From the NCBI GenBank assembly GCA_051294375.1, contig CM119268.1:19751820-19815819 (forward strand): DNA of 64,000 nt, written 5' to 3'. A program made the translations under genes and the position numbers. Each line of letters starts with the position of its first letter. Position 1 is the stretch's first letter. Shown here piece by piece: positions 51,120 to 63,768 of this stretch. Under the pieces are notes generated by a model that ran no database searches, was not told where the DNA came from, and saw only the letters and a list, made by a program, of their open reading frames with translations. The DNA comes from Paraspadella gotoi (lineage: Eukaryota > Animalia > Chaetognatha).

Positions 51120-51893
51120 GAAGAGAGATAGAGAGAGAGAAACTTTAAAAATTCAAATAAATGTGTCTTTGGTTTTCTAATTGAACTCTTTTCCACTCCT
51201 ATGATTCCATCAAAAAATTTATATCCAGCTTTATCACATACTTTCCTACCCACACACAAAATTCAATTTCGATTTATCTATCCAATTTTTAATAAACATA
51301 ATAATTATGAGTAAATTTAAGTAAAAATACTTCAAGTAAATATGACTTTTGTTTTTTCCATTTTAACTCATTTCCACTCGCACGATTCCATCGAAACTTT
51401 ATATCCAGCTCAATCACACACTTTCCTAACATCATACAAAATTTCAAGTCAATTGCCTATCCAACTCATGAGCAATTGGCGTTCAAATAGTGAAATATAT
51501 TTTTTTGGTTTTTCCATTTAAACCAATTTCCATCCGCACGCGCACGATTCCCTCGAAACTTCATATGCATCTCAATCACACAGTTTCCCACCCACACACA
51601 AATTTCATACCAATCCATCCATCCATCACGAGTAATTGGAGTTTTTGCTAAGGTGGGACGGACGGACGGACGGACGGACGACCGGACGGACGGACGGAAC
51701 GGAACGACGGACGGACGGACGGACGGACGGACGAGACGGACGGACAGACATCATTTTTTTGCATAATTTATCATAATTCGATGTTCTGACATAATAATAA
51801 GTGTGTGCCCGACAAATATTGAGGGGGCGGACCGACGGACCGACAAAGTGAGTTATAGAGTCGGGATCTGCTGATAAGCAAATCCGACTAAAA
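48758..51893 (-). mobile_element. Long Helentron-like family H1 copy with internal satellite arrays
   Basis: H1 termini, several ~150-bp units (TTTCCATTTAAACTCATTTCCACTCGCACGATTCC..), and an 18-bp minisatellite. Confidence 0.65.
50710..51060. repeat. 18-bp minisatellite (AATTTGGTCAACTGGCAT)
   Basis: About 19 tandem units. Duplicated at 52560-52910. Confidence 0.9.
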
Positions 51894-52289
51894 ACTCGGC
51901 CCATTACAACAATTTTTTAGAGACTTTTCAAAAAAATTGGAAAATGCCCATTTTTTTTTCAATCTTAATACCTTTGTTTAAAAAACAATTTAGAGTCATG
52001 ATTTTGGCAGAAGATTTAGTAGCTATTAGTTTTATTTGGTCTTACATGCCAATAAATAAAAGAAACACAATTATTTCTAGATGTAACATTATATTTATTT
52101 TTAAATAAGCACTGATCTTCAGAGACTTCTGTCTCCCTCAAAGGTGCAAAACAAAATGAGACACAAAATTTAAAAAACAGTTTAAGGTAAGGTTTCTACT
52201 CTTCCATTTGGCTGAAAATTTCCTGACCCAGGGGTTATTTGGGATATGAATGTAAAANNNNNNNNNNNNNNNNNNNNNNNNNGAGAGAG

Positions 52290-52918
52290 ATTTTAATTAA
52301 TTATTGATTTAATTAATTGACTAATTGATTAATTAACTGATTAATTATTTGATTTATTAATACATCCTGTATATACATTTAATATAAAAGAAAGAGAATC
52401 ATAATCAATTAGTGAAACAGGTTTTTTTTGTTTTTTCCATTTAAACTCATTTCTACTCAAAAGATTCCATCGAAACTTGGTTTCCTGTTCAATCACACAC
52501 TTTTCCTACTCACATACAAAATTCCAGGTCAATCGATAATTAAGTGGTAATAAGCTAAACTTGGTCAACTTGCATATTTAATAAACTTGCATAATTTGGT
52601 CAACAGACATAATTTGGTTAACTGACATAATTTGGTCTACTGACATAATTGGTCAACTGACATATTTGGTCAACTGAACATAATTTAATCAATTACGATA
52701 ATTTGGTCAACCGGTCATAAATTTGGTCAACTGGCATAATTTTAATCAACTGGCCTAATTTGGTCAACTGGCATAATTTGGTCAACAGGCTAAAATTTGG
52801 TCAACTTGCAGAACTTGATCAACTTGCAGAATTTGGTCAACTGGCATAATTTGGTCAACTTTAAGAATTTGGTCAACTGCATTATTTGTCAATTGGCATA
52901 ATTTGGTCAATCAATCAA

Positions 52919-52949
<31 letters not shown>

Positions 52950-54098
52950 TCAATCAATCAATCAGAGAGAGATAGAGAGAGAATTTAAAAATTCAATAAA
53001 TGTGTCTTTTGGTTTCTAATTGAACTCTTTTCCACTCCTATGATTCCATCAAAAAATTTATATCCAGCTTTATCACATACTTTCCTACCCACACACAAAA
53101 TTCAATTTCGATTTATCTATCCAATTTTTAATAAACATAATAATTATGAGTAAATTTAAGTAAAAATACTTCAAGTAAATATGACTTTTGTTTTTCCATT
53201 TTAACTCATTTCCACTCGCACGATTCATCGAAACTTTATATCCAGCTCAATCACACACTTTCCTAACATCATACAAAATTTCAAGTCATTGCCTATCCAC
53301 TCATGAGCAATTGGCGTTCAAATAGTGAAATATATTTTTTTGGTTTTTTCCATTTAAACCAATTTCCACTCGCACGATTCCCTCGAAACTTCATATGCAT
53401 CTCAATCACACAGTTTCCCACCCACACACAAAATTTCATACCAATCCATCCATCCAATCACGAGTAATTGGAGTTTTTGCTAAGGTGGGACGGACGGACG
53501 GACGGACGGACGACGGACGACGACGGACGACGACGGACGGACGGACGGACGGACGGACGGACGGACGGACGGACGGACGACGGACGGACAGACATCATTT
53601 TTTTGCATAATTTATCATAATTCGATGTTCTGACATAATATAAGTGTGTGCCCGACAATATTGAGGGGGCGGACCGACGGACCGACAAAGTGAGTTATAG
53701 AGTCGGGATCTGCTGATAAGCAAATCCGACTAATAAACTCGGCCCATTACAACAATTTTTTAGAGACTTTTCAAAAAAATTGGAAAATGCCCATTTTTTT
53801 TTCAATCTTAATACCTTTGTTTAAAAACAATTTAGAGTCATGATTTTGGCAGAAGATTTAGTAGCTATTAGTTTTATTTGGTCTTTACATGCCAATAATA
53901 TAAAAGAAAACAAATTATTTCTAGATGTAACATTATATTTATTTTTAAATAAGCACTGATCTTCAGAGACTTCTGTCTCCCTCAAAGGTGCAAAACAAAA
54001 TGAGACACAAAATTTAAAAAACAGTTTAAGGTAAGGTTTCTACTCTTCCATTTGGCTGAAAATTTCCTGACCCAGGGGTTATTTGGGATGAATGTAAA
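52290..54098. repeat. Near-identical duplicate of 50440-52257 across an N gap
   Basis: Colinear; differences are mostly single-base indels. Confidence 0.9.
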
Positions 54099-55471
54099 AT
54101 ATTAGAACAAGAAAATAACAAATTAAAAAGATTGTCCTGAGAAAGTATTCACATTAAAAAGAATAAACTTAAAAAAGTAAATAGAAATGAAGGAAATTTG
54201 AGCAATGAATGGGATAAGGCTCTTAAGGTCACTTTTGAAAACAAAAGAAAGAAACTACTTGGTTTAAGGTCATCTCAAGCCTATAGAATTAAAAGACAGA
54301 GAAAAGAAGTGGCCAAAATCAGGAGAATAGATTTGTAAATTTTGTAAATTTTGTAAATTTTGTAAATTTTGTTATGCACCTTTGAAGGAGACAGAAGTCT
54401 CTTAAGATCAGTGCTTATTTAACAAATTTGAGCAAACAATGTCGGATCTGCCCACGATAATTAAGCGGTAATCAGTTAAACCAGTGGCTGCGCCAATACA
54501 TGTAAATCACTTTCAAGGGCTTAAACTGAACTGTTACTGCGTCAATAATATTTTTTTAAATTTGCATTATTTTTTAACTTTTTCATTTTTTTAACTTTTA
54601 TTATTTTTCAACTTGTATCATTTTTTTAACTTGCATACTTTTTTCAACTTGTATACTTTTTTCAACTTGCATACTTTTTTCAACTTGCATAATTATTTTA
54701 ACTTGCATAATTTATTTAGTTGCAGCATTTTTTCAACTTTCAACTATCTAGTAATCAACTATCAAGGCAGTGAGGAAGTTGAAATGTGTGTCTATTTTTT
54801 TGTTTCATATCAATTCATATATTTTTTGTTTGAATTTCCATTTAATTATGATTTACTGCAATATGCAAATTAGATTATATAGTACTTTTTCATTAATTTT
54901 TTTTGATAGTAAGGTCTGGCGAGATCATTATACTTTTAAGGTTTTTTCTTCTATATTGCTTCAATTTTTTTGTGTCTCTCTCGCATACATGTCATCATTA
55001 AAAGATATGAAAAAAATAAAACGGGTAATTTTTAAAAATATTTACAATAAAAAAATTTTAAAAAACCCTTGCTTTTTTGTTGAAGAGCAGGTGAAAGTGA
55101 AGATCTAGTGGGTGCAGATAAATTTTTTTGATGTTCCTTTGTCTTACAAAAGGCCTCCTGTTTTTTAAAGCCCTCTAGTAGAATAGGGTGAAAATACAAA
55201 GAAAATTTAATAGAACTGTTCTTTTGTTTCAGAAAAGATATACTAAAACTAAATTTCATTGCTATTTTGTTTTAAAAACGCTCTTTTGTTTGTGGAACCA
55301 TCTGGTTTATTAAGACCAAAACAGGCAAAATTTTGTGTAAAGCGATGCAAGTGAAGATCTAGTGGGTGCAGACAAAAGAGCAAATTTCTATAGAAAGTAA
55401 AGGGAAAATGCTCATAGTAGGAAAAGTAAGAGACAAATCCTCGTAGTAGGTAGCAAAAAATAAATAGATAG

Positions 55472-55748
55472 TATGGTGGACTAAAATCCACCAACCGTTC
55501 ATCAGCGGCCATTGGTGCCGGAGGCAAGTCATTCGCCTCCCAACCCAAAGGTCCGGGGTTCTAGCCCGGTGGTCGTCTGGCAGTTAAGAGGGACGGGGCG
55601 CTTAACCCGCCTGTAACCTGGTGTTACAGCCTGATCCGAAGCTCAGGGACTGCTTATATTAAATGGTTCTGTCATTAACACTTATCAATAATTACTGTCT
55701 TTTCATTTGTGAGCCCGACTTTCGAACACAACAGCAACAACAACACTT
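55472..55748 (+). mobile_element. TRIM family B: 5' LTR (55472-55705), degenerate PBS and start of internal region
   Basis: TATGGTGG...TTTTCA followed by TTTGTGAGCCCGAC and the CAA-rich internal sequence. Confidence 0.85.
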
Positions 55749-56157
55749 GACACAGACGAGCACCGCCACCTTTTACACCGTCTAATTCTCGTTATGGCTT
55801 CGACCTTCTTCTCTCACGATCGCTATCACTACTACGTTGTTTCTGTTTCATTTTATATCAATATTCTTTACTCTCTTATTTCTGTTTTTGATATCAGCCC
55901 TTCTATAGTGATGGGTTGAGCATCAATGTCATGAATGCTGAGATCGGATTCTATGAGTGGGTAATGAGGTAGTTAAGGTTGATCATTTATGAGCCGAGAC
56001 AGTATAATAACGTCAGGTTGTTTCGGACAAAATCACGCCTTCAAAATTTTCTATAAATTTTTGTTTTGAGTCACCGCAAACATTATAAAAATATTTTAAT
56101 TAATTAATTTAGAGAAAGCAAAGAATTTTGAATTTGTAACAACGATTTTTAATTAAT

Positions 56158-56204
56158 AGTTGGACATGTTTCGGCTTGTTTACTTCAAGCCTTCATTAGC
56201 ATAT
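56158..56204 (-). ncRNA. Hammerhead ribozyme motif with mutated core (duplicate at ~59803-59848)
   Basis: CTAATGA instead of CTGATGA. Stem II GGCTTG/CAAGCC, then GAAACATGTC. Confidence 0.5.
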
Positions 56205-56239
56205 GACATTCAATAATAAATTTGGTAAAAAAAGAGTGT

Positions 56240-56274
<35 letters not shown>

Positions 56275-58331
56275 GGTAAAAGTTTTTCCAACAAAGTGGT
56301 GAGACAGAATAGTGGTCAGATGTGAGGACAGGTTGAAGGTAAGGGCAGATTGAGTGAGTGGTGAAAAGAAGTGAAACTTGTTAAAGAGAGAGAGAGAGTG
56401 AAAGAGAGAGAGAGAGAAACAAAACAACAGGGATAACAAATAAATGAAGATACATTTTTGCAATGTACAACAAAGATAAAGAAGTTTAATTAATTAAATA
56501 ATTAATGATGGCAACTACGACAATGATAATACCGACGATGACAAATTGATTGATTGCTTAATTTTTTGATTGATTGATTGAATATTTGATTAATTGATTG
56601 AATAATTAATTAACTGATCAGTTCTGGCATTGTTAACACAAACTTGTTTGTTTTTTTGTCTTTTCATTATGACAAAAGAAATGATTACCCTGATGATGAT
56701 TATGATGACAACGAGGATAGCACCATCATGATAGATTGAATGATTGATTGATCAAATAAAATAAATTCATATCAGGCCTCTTAATTTTTAGGTCTTTTGT
56801 CAGGTCACTGACCAGGACAAAAGCAACAACGACGTTGGAGATGACAATGATAACACTGACATTGTTTAATTGATTGATTAATTAATTGATTAATTAATTA
56901 ATTGGTTCTTGTTTTTTTTTCATTTAAACTCATTTCCACTCGAACGATTCTTATAATTTTACAAATCTTACAATTTTTCATGGTAAAAATTTCACTTGTT
57001 ATTTGTTAACAAAAAGATTGTTTAAAATTATTCTACAAATGAATTACATGTCTAAAGAGAGTATTTTTATAAATAATAACAAATGTAAAATTTTTAAAGG
57101 AAGGAAGCGATGTGCACTCGAAACCGAAAGCGATCCGGGCTAAAAAAGTAAGGATTGCACCCGAAAACGGGAGCGGGAGGGGTCTTGGAAGCGCCGGATT
57201 GGCAGCGGCGGAAAAATCGATCGCTTCCACATCTCTGCACAAATGTATCATTTATGCTCTCTCAAAAACTCACAAACTCAAAAACTCAAACTCAAAAAAT
57301 AACATCTGTCCTTCATCCTGTCCTCACCTCTGACCACTCACTATTTGTCTCACTATTTTTCCCCCATTTGCCTATTTTTTTTTGCCTTTGGCCCCCTCTT
57401 TCATTTTCTTCCCTTCTCATTTTCTTGTTTTCTCTTTCCTCTTCCCTCTCACTATGTTTAAGAAAATCTTTAATATGCATTATAAGAAAGGATATTAACG
57501 GTAACGGAGGTTTTTATTTTAGTTTTGGTTGCCTAGCAAATTTATTAAATCGACAAATTTTGCGGAAATTTTTCCACAAAATCTGTCGATTTTCAGAAAA
57601 AACAAGTCCTGACGCTTTCCATTGGGTTAAAAGGATGCGGTTTTTTTTATCAACGTCAGTAAGTACCCATCTTTTAAAACTAATAAATGAGTTGAAAATA
57701 TTTTCTTTATCATAAATAAATGCAAGTCACAATAAGTCACAAATTAAAAGTTGTTTTTAAAAATTATTTGTGGCTAAACAAAAAGAGTTTTTTGATAATT
57801 TTGTAGGTGTTTAAAGCTTATTCTGTGGACTATATTTTCTGTTAGTTTAAGCCAATTTAAACTATTTTTGTTTAATAAATTATGATAAAAAACTAAAACT
57901 GCGACTTTTTGACTTGTCAACTTTAAAATTAATTCATAAGTGAACTATGAATGATATAAAGAAAATATTTTACTCAAGGGTGAAGAAGATAAGGAAGAAA
58001 ATAATTCCAAAATAAAAAAATTTTCTCTAATTTCCTTGGCATTCAAATTTGAAGACGAAAGTGAAAATGGACAAAAATGGACATTATTTTTTTTCCTAAA
58101 AGTTGTAAAAATGTTACTCTTATATGATTAGAAATAGCTGGAGATAGTTTTAACCAATCCGTATTTTGGCCTAATTTATATTATGGTGCAAATTAAATTA
58201 ATTTTGTTAATAGTAACTGAACAATACTGGAAAAAGTAGTTTTTTCTCTGAATGCGAGGATCGTAAGCAGAGGCTATCATATTCATTTTTTTTTTGCTGA
58301 ATTTTTNNNNNNNNNNNNNNNNNNNNNNNNN

Positions 58332-58535
58332 CTTCAGGCGACATGCCTCAACCTGGCGATGCACTTTTCCGCCCACAACACATCAGGCGACATGCCTCAA
58401 CTTGGTGACGACTTTCCACCAACAGCAACAATTCACTGAATAGAACGCAAGACTTCTCCCTACGGAGGGGGGGATGTATGGTGGACTAAAATCTACCAAC
58501 CGTTCATCAGCGGCCATTGGTGCTGGAGGCAAGTC
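58332..58535 (+). mobile_element. TRIM family B: internal region, PPT and truncated 3' LTR
   Basis: GGAGGGGGGGATG then TATGGTGGAC.. at 58477. Cut off by the element starting at 58536. Confidence 0.85.
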
Positions 58536-59884
58536 CAGAGATGTGGACGCGATCTGGAAAGCGTAAGCGAACACTGTGGAAGCGGCCGATTTTTGAAGAA
58601 CCCGAAACCGGGAGCGATAGAAAAATTAAGAATAAAGGATTGAACCCGGAAGCTATAATAACCCTGCGTGTTCGCTTCCTGGTTATTTGTTTTTAATAGT
58701 TAGAAATGAAAGGTATTTAATGTAATAAAATCTTTGCAACCCCTGCTCTTTCTTGATTGTCTTTTTAAAATTGTTTTTTCAATATTTATTTTCAACATTT
58801 AAAATTGTTTGTTCCTATAATTTTTTATTCACTTTTTCTTATTCTCTTCTTTTATTTTTTGTTTTCTTTTATTCTCTTTTCCTCTTTGGTCGAGAATCTA
58901 TGAAAAAAATTACATATTTATTTTTTTAATTATTCTTTTTAATATATTCAAATAAAATCTGAGCTGAAAAAAGATTTTTTCTATCTGAAAAAAACTGTAA
59001 TTAAGTTAAATTAAAATTTAAATTAAACTTTTTTAATTCTATAAAACTAAAAATTTTATTTCTTATATTTTTATTATTTTTCTTTAAATTTAAGTCTTTT
59101 TTTTTAAAATCCATAACGTTTTTCATGTTACAAACAAGTTTAAACCAAAGGATTGATCTGTTTTATTGGCAATATTGCATAATATTATGCTTATACATAC
59201 TTAAATCTCTAACATACTCTCTCTCTCTATCTTCTTTCTTTTTTCCCCTCTTGCACTGACAAAAAAGCAAATAAAAAAAAAATTATAAAATAAATAAATC
59301 AAAAATATTAATAAACAAACAATGCCGGATCTGCCCATGATCATTAGCGGTAATTAATTGATTAATTAATTGAAAAAAAATAAATTATTTAATAATTACA
59401 TATTAATTAATTAAAATAATAACATCGAACATTTGGGAGCTCAAATTGATTTGAACAAAGACGACAACGACGATGAATACAATGACGAAAACGACGACGA
59501 AGTCTTTGTACTTTGTGAGCCATAGTACAGTAGTGGTCAATAAGAATGACCTGATTTTACCTAATCTTGTTATGGCTGACCTTTTTCTCAGCCAATGTAA
59601 ATACTAGTTGTTATTATTATTTTTATCATTTTTACTTTTTTACTGTTTTGATAATACCAGGTTTTTTATCACAAAAAAATACGCCTCAAAATTTTCTATA
59701 AATTTTTGTTTTGAGTCACCGCAAACATTATAAAAATATTTTAATTAATTAATTTAGAGAAAGCAAAGAATTTTGAATTTGTAACAACGATTTTTAATTA
59801 ATAGTTGGACATGTTTCGGCTTGTTTACTTCAAGCCTTCATTAGCATATGACATTCAATAATAAATTTGGTAAAAAAAGAGTGT

Positions 59885-59919
<35 letters not shown>

Positions 59920-60884
59920 GGTAAAAGTTTTTCCAACAAAGTGGTGAGACAGAATAGTGGTCAGATGTGAGGACAGGTTGAAGGTAAGGGCAGATTGAGT
60001 GAGTGGTGAAAAGAAGTGAAACTTGTTAAAGAGAGAGAGAGAGTGAAGAGAGAGAGAGAGAGAAACAAAACAACAGGGATAAACAAATAATGAAGATACA
60101 TTTTTGCAATGTACAACAAAGATAAAGAAGTTTAATTAATTAAATAATTAATGATGGCAACTACGACAATGATAATACCGACGATGACAAATTGATTGAT
60201 TGCTTAATTTTTTGATTGATTGATTGAATATTTGATTAATTGATTGAATAATTAATTAACTGATCAGTTCTGGCATTGTTAACACAAAACTTGTTTGTTT
60301 TTTTGTCTTTTCATTATGACAAAAGAAATGATTACCCTGATGATGATTATGATGACAACGAGGATAGCACCATCATGATAGATTGAATGATTGATTGATC
60401 AAATAAAATAAATTCATATCAGGCCTCTTAATTTTTAGGTCTTTTGTCAGGTCACTGACCAGGACAAAAGCAACAACGACGTTGGAGATGACAATGATAA
60501 CACTGACATTGTTTAATTGATTGATTAATTAATTGATTAATTAATTAATTGGTTCTTGTTTTTTTTTTCATTTAAACTCATTTCCACTCGAACGATTCTT
60601 ATAATTTTACAAATCTTACAATTTTTCATGGTAAAAATTTCACTTGTTATTTGTTAACAAAAAGATTGTTTAAAATTATTCTACAAATGAATTACATGTC
60701 TAAAGAGAGTATTTTATAAATAATAACAAATGTAAAATTTTTAAAGGAAGGAAGCGATGTGCACTCGAAACCGAAAGCGATCCGGGCTAAAAAAGTAAGG
60801 ATTGCACCCGAAAACGGGAGCGGGAGGGGTCTTGGAAGCGCCGGATTGGCAGCGGCGGAAAAATCGATCGCTTCCACATCTCTG
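58536..60884. mobile_element. Non-autonomous TIR DNA transposon (hAT-like termini)
   Basis: CAGAGATGTGGA(c/a)GCGATC ... GATCGCTTCCACATCTCTG terminal inverted repeats with CCGAAA/CGGGAGCG sub-terminal motifs. No TSD found. Confidence 0.5.
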
Positions 60885-61950
60885 CACAAATGTATCATTT
60901 ATGCTCTCTCAAAAACTCACAAACTCAAAAACTCAAACTCAAAAAATAACATCTGTCCTTCATCCTGTCCTCACCTCTGACCACTCACTATTTGTCTCAC
61001 TATTTTTCCCCCATTTGCCTATTTTTTTTTGCCTTTGGCCCCCTCTTTCATTTTCTTCCCTTCTCATTTTCTTGTTTTCTCTTTCCTCTTCCCTCTCACT
61101 ATGTTTAAGAAAATCTTTAATATGCATTATAGAAGGATATTAACGGTAACGGAGGTTTTTATTTTAGTTTTGGTTGCCTAGCAAATTTATTAAATCGACA
61201 AATTTTGCGGAAATTTTTCCACAAAATCTGTCGATTTTCAGAAAAAACAAGTCCTGACGCTTTCCATTGGGTTAAAAGGATGCGGTTTTTTTTATCAACG
61301 TCAGTAAGTACCCCATCTTTTAAAACTAATAAATGAGTTGAAAATATTTTCTTTATCATAAATAAATGCAAGTCACAATAAGTCACAAATTAAAAGTTGT
61401 TTTTAAAAATTATTTGTGGCTAAACAAAAAGAGTTTTTTTGATAATTTTGTAGGTGTTTAAAGCTTATTCTGTGGACTATATTTTCTGTTAGTTTAAGCC
61501 AATTTAAACTATTTTTGTTTAATAAATTATGATAAAAACTAAAACTGCGACTTTTTGACTTGTCAACTTTAAAATTAATTCATAAGTGAACTATGAATGA
61601 TATAAAGAAAATATTTTACTCAAGGGTGAAGAAGATAAGGAAGAAAATAATTCCAAAATAAAAAAATTTTCTCTAATTCCTTGGCATTCAAATTTGAAGA
61701 CGAAAGTGAAAATGGACAAAAATGGACATTATTTTTTTTCCTAAAAGTTGTAAAAATGTTACTCTTATATGATTAGAAATAGCTGGAGATAGTTTTAACC
61801 AATCCGTATTTTGGCCTAATTTATATTATGGTGCAAATTAAATTAATTTTGTTAATAGTAACTGAACAATACTGGAAAAAGTAGTTTTTTCTCTGAATGC
61901 GAGGATCGTAAGCAGAGGCTATCATATTCATTTTTTTTTTGCTGAATTTT
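59682..61950. repeat. Near-identical duplicate of 56035-58306
   Basis: Colinear over ~2.27 kb. The first copy ends at an N gap. Confidence 0.9.
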
Positions 61951-62106
61951 TTTAACTTGCATCATTTTTTTCAAATTGCATCATTTTTTCACGTAATTAA
62001 TTAACTAATTAAAGTATTCATAAGTATGCATAAATAATAAAAATTCAAATCAACTTGACTTTGGTTTTTTCCATACAAACTCCTCGATTCCATGGAAAAT
62101 TTATAT

Positions 62107-62351
62107 TGCGCTCTAAGGCGATAAGTGGGCTGAAGATGACTATCCGCAACTTCTTTAACCCCTCCAGCAGCCATGGAACGAGTCCTGGGTTTGAAGGTTT
62201 TCCACGAACCGAAGTTGGTTTACGGCCATCCGCACGTTAGGTACTGGGTTGGGATTGAACCCACTTTAATCAATGAGCCACCGGGTCAGTGGGTCACGAC
62301 TGAAGGTGTAATGCTTATAGGCAGGGTGAACTTATGCTGTGCCCGACTACA
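62107..62351 (-). mobile_element. Diverged solo LTR of TRIM family A
   Basis: GAAGATGACTATCC..GGGATTGAACC..ATGAGCCACCGGGTCA..GCCCGACTACA, inserted in an H1 satellite unit. Confidence 0.75.
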
Positions 62352-63079
62352 GCTCAATCACACACAAAATATAATGTCAATCTATCCATCCAATTATGAT
62401 TAATTCGAGTAAGTATGGTAGCCATAGCCGATGAAATTTAAATGCTAATGTATACAGCGTTAAAATAATCTATCATGACCATAGATTATGGTATTAAAAT
62501 ATTTTTTGTCAAAAATGCTTTCTTCTGAGGGTACTCGCCTAATTAAAAATATTATATTACTATATAGAGCAAAAAATATTTTTTTAAAATCTTAAAATTT
62601 TTTGATGGATTCTGATAGAGCATAAAAAGTTAAACAAAAAATATAATTACAGCTTTTAAAAAATTCTTACGTTTCTAAGTGAAAATAAAGAAAACTGATA
62701 AAATCATCGAAAGATGATGATGATGATGATTTTTTACAGTTTTTCTTATTTTTGACACACTTATCGTAAAAATATTTAAAAAAAGAATCATACTTTGTGT
62801 AGACAACTTTTTATGAGCTATCTGAATATGGTCTTAAATTAAAAAAATCAAAAAAAAATGTTTTGACCTTTTTTATCAATAAATAAATATTAAAAAATTA
62901 ATTATTAGGGTATAGAGCCATATTAGAAATTTTTTGTCCATTGAAAGTATTCTTAAAAATGTCTAAATATTCGTTTGAGCATGTACTCTCTCTAAATTTT
63001 TGACTCACCCCATTGAGTAATTATGGGTTAAAATTATTAACAAAGTTTGATTTTATTTTTGCAACGAATTTTATTGTTA

Positions 63080-63717
63080 TGAAGAGACAGTAATTATTGT
63101 TAAGAGTTAGTGATAGAACCGTTCAATATAAGCAGTCGCTGAGCTTCGGATCAGGCTGTAACACCATGTTACAGGCGGGTTAAGCGCCCCGTCCCTCTTA
63201 ACTGCCAGACGACCACCGGGCTAGAACCCCGGACCTTTGGGTTGGGAGGCGAATGACTTGCCTCCGGCACCAATGGCCACTGATGAACGGTTGGTGGATT
63301 TTAGTCCACCATACATCCCCCCTCCTGTAGGGAGAAGTCTGTTGCGTCTCTTCTGTGAATTGTTGTTGTTGGTGGAAAGTTCGTCACCAAGTTGAGGCAT
63401 GTCGCCTGATGTGTTGTGGGCGGAAAGTACATCGCCAGGTTGAGGCATGTCGCCTGAAAGTGTTGTTGTTGCTGTTGTGTTCGGAAGTCGGGCTCACCAA
63501 TGAAGAGACGGTAATTATTGTTATGAGTTAGTGATAGAACCGTTCATATAAGCAGTCCCTGAGCTTCGGATCAGGCTGTAACACCATGTTACAGGCGGGT
63601 TAAGCGCCCCGTCCCTCTTAACTGCCAGACGACCACCGGGCTAGAACCCCGGACCTTTGGGTTGGGAGGCGAATGACTTGCCGCTGATGAACGGTTGGTG
63701 GATTTTAGTCCACCATA
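63080..63717 (-). mobile_element. Complete TRIM family B (638 bp)
   Basis: LTRs 63717-63501 and 63313-63080. PBS TGGTGAGCCCGAC 63499-63487. PPT GGAGGGGGGATG 63325-63314. Perfect 4-bp TSD GTTA (63076-63079 / 63718-63721). Confidence 0.92.
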
Positions 63718-63725
63718 GTTACAAG

Positions 63726-63768
63726 AGCAGACATGTTTCGCCTCACAGTACGAGCCTTCATCAGCGCA
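63726..63768 (-). ncRNA. Minimal hammerhead ribozyme
   Basis: Minus strand: gcg CTGATGA-A GGCTC gtactgt GAGGC GAAAC ATGTC tgc. The plus-strand mirror has ATGATGA (lacks the first core C). Confidence 0.65.

Noticed and set aside
55505-55577. Functional tRNA-Gly gene (and tRNA-Met at ~6550-6622)
   Set aside because: Anticodon and D stems do not pair properly, and the sequences sit inside multi-copy LTRs. Treated as tRNA-derived.
57112-57333. Duplicated small gene (identical ORF at 60759-60980)
   Set aside because: Overlaps a transposon TIR, and the identity is explained by the probable assembly duplication.
63278-63313. Hammerhead ribozyme inside the TRIM-B LTR (retrozyme)
   Set aside because: CTGATGA plus a hairpin is present on the antisense strand, but no GAAA/stem III follows within the LTR.
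63390-63460. p53 response elements (AGGCATGTCG twice; GGACATGTTT in hammerheads)
   Set aside because: Isolated imperfect half-sites, far apart or explained by ribozyme structure.
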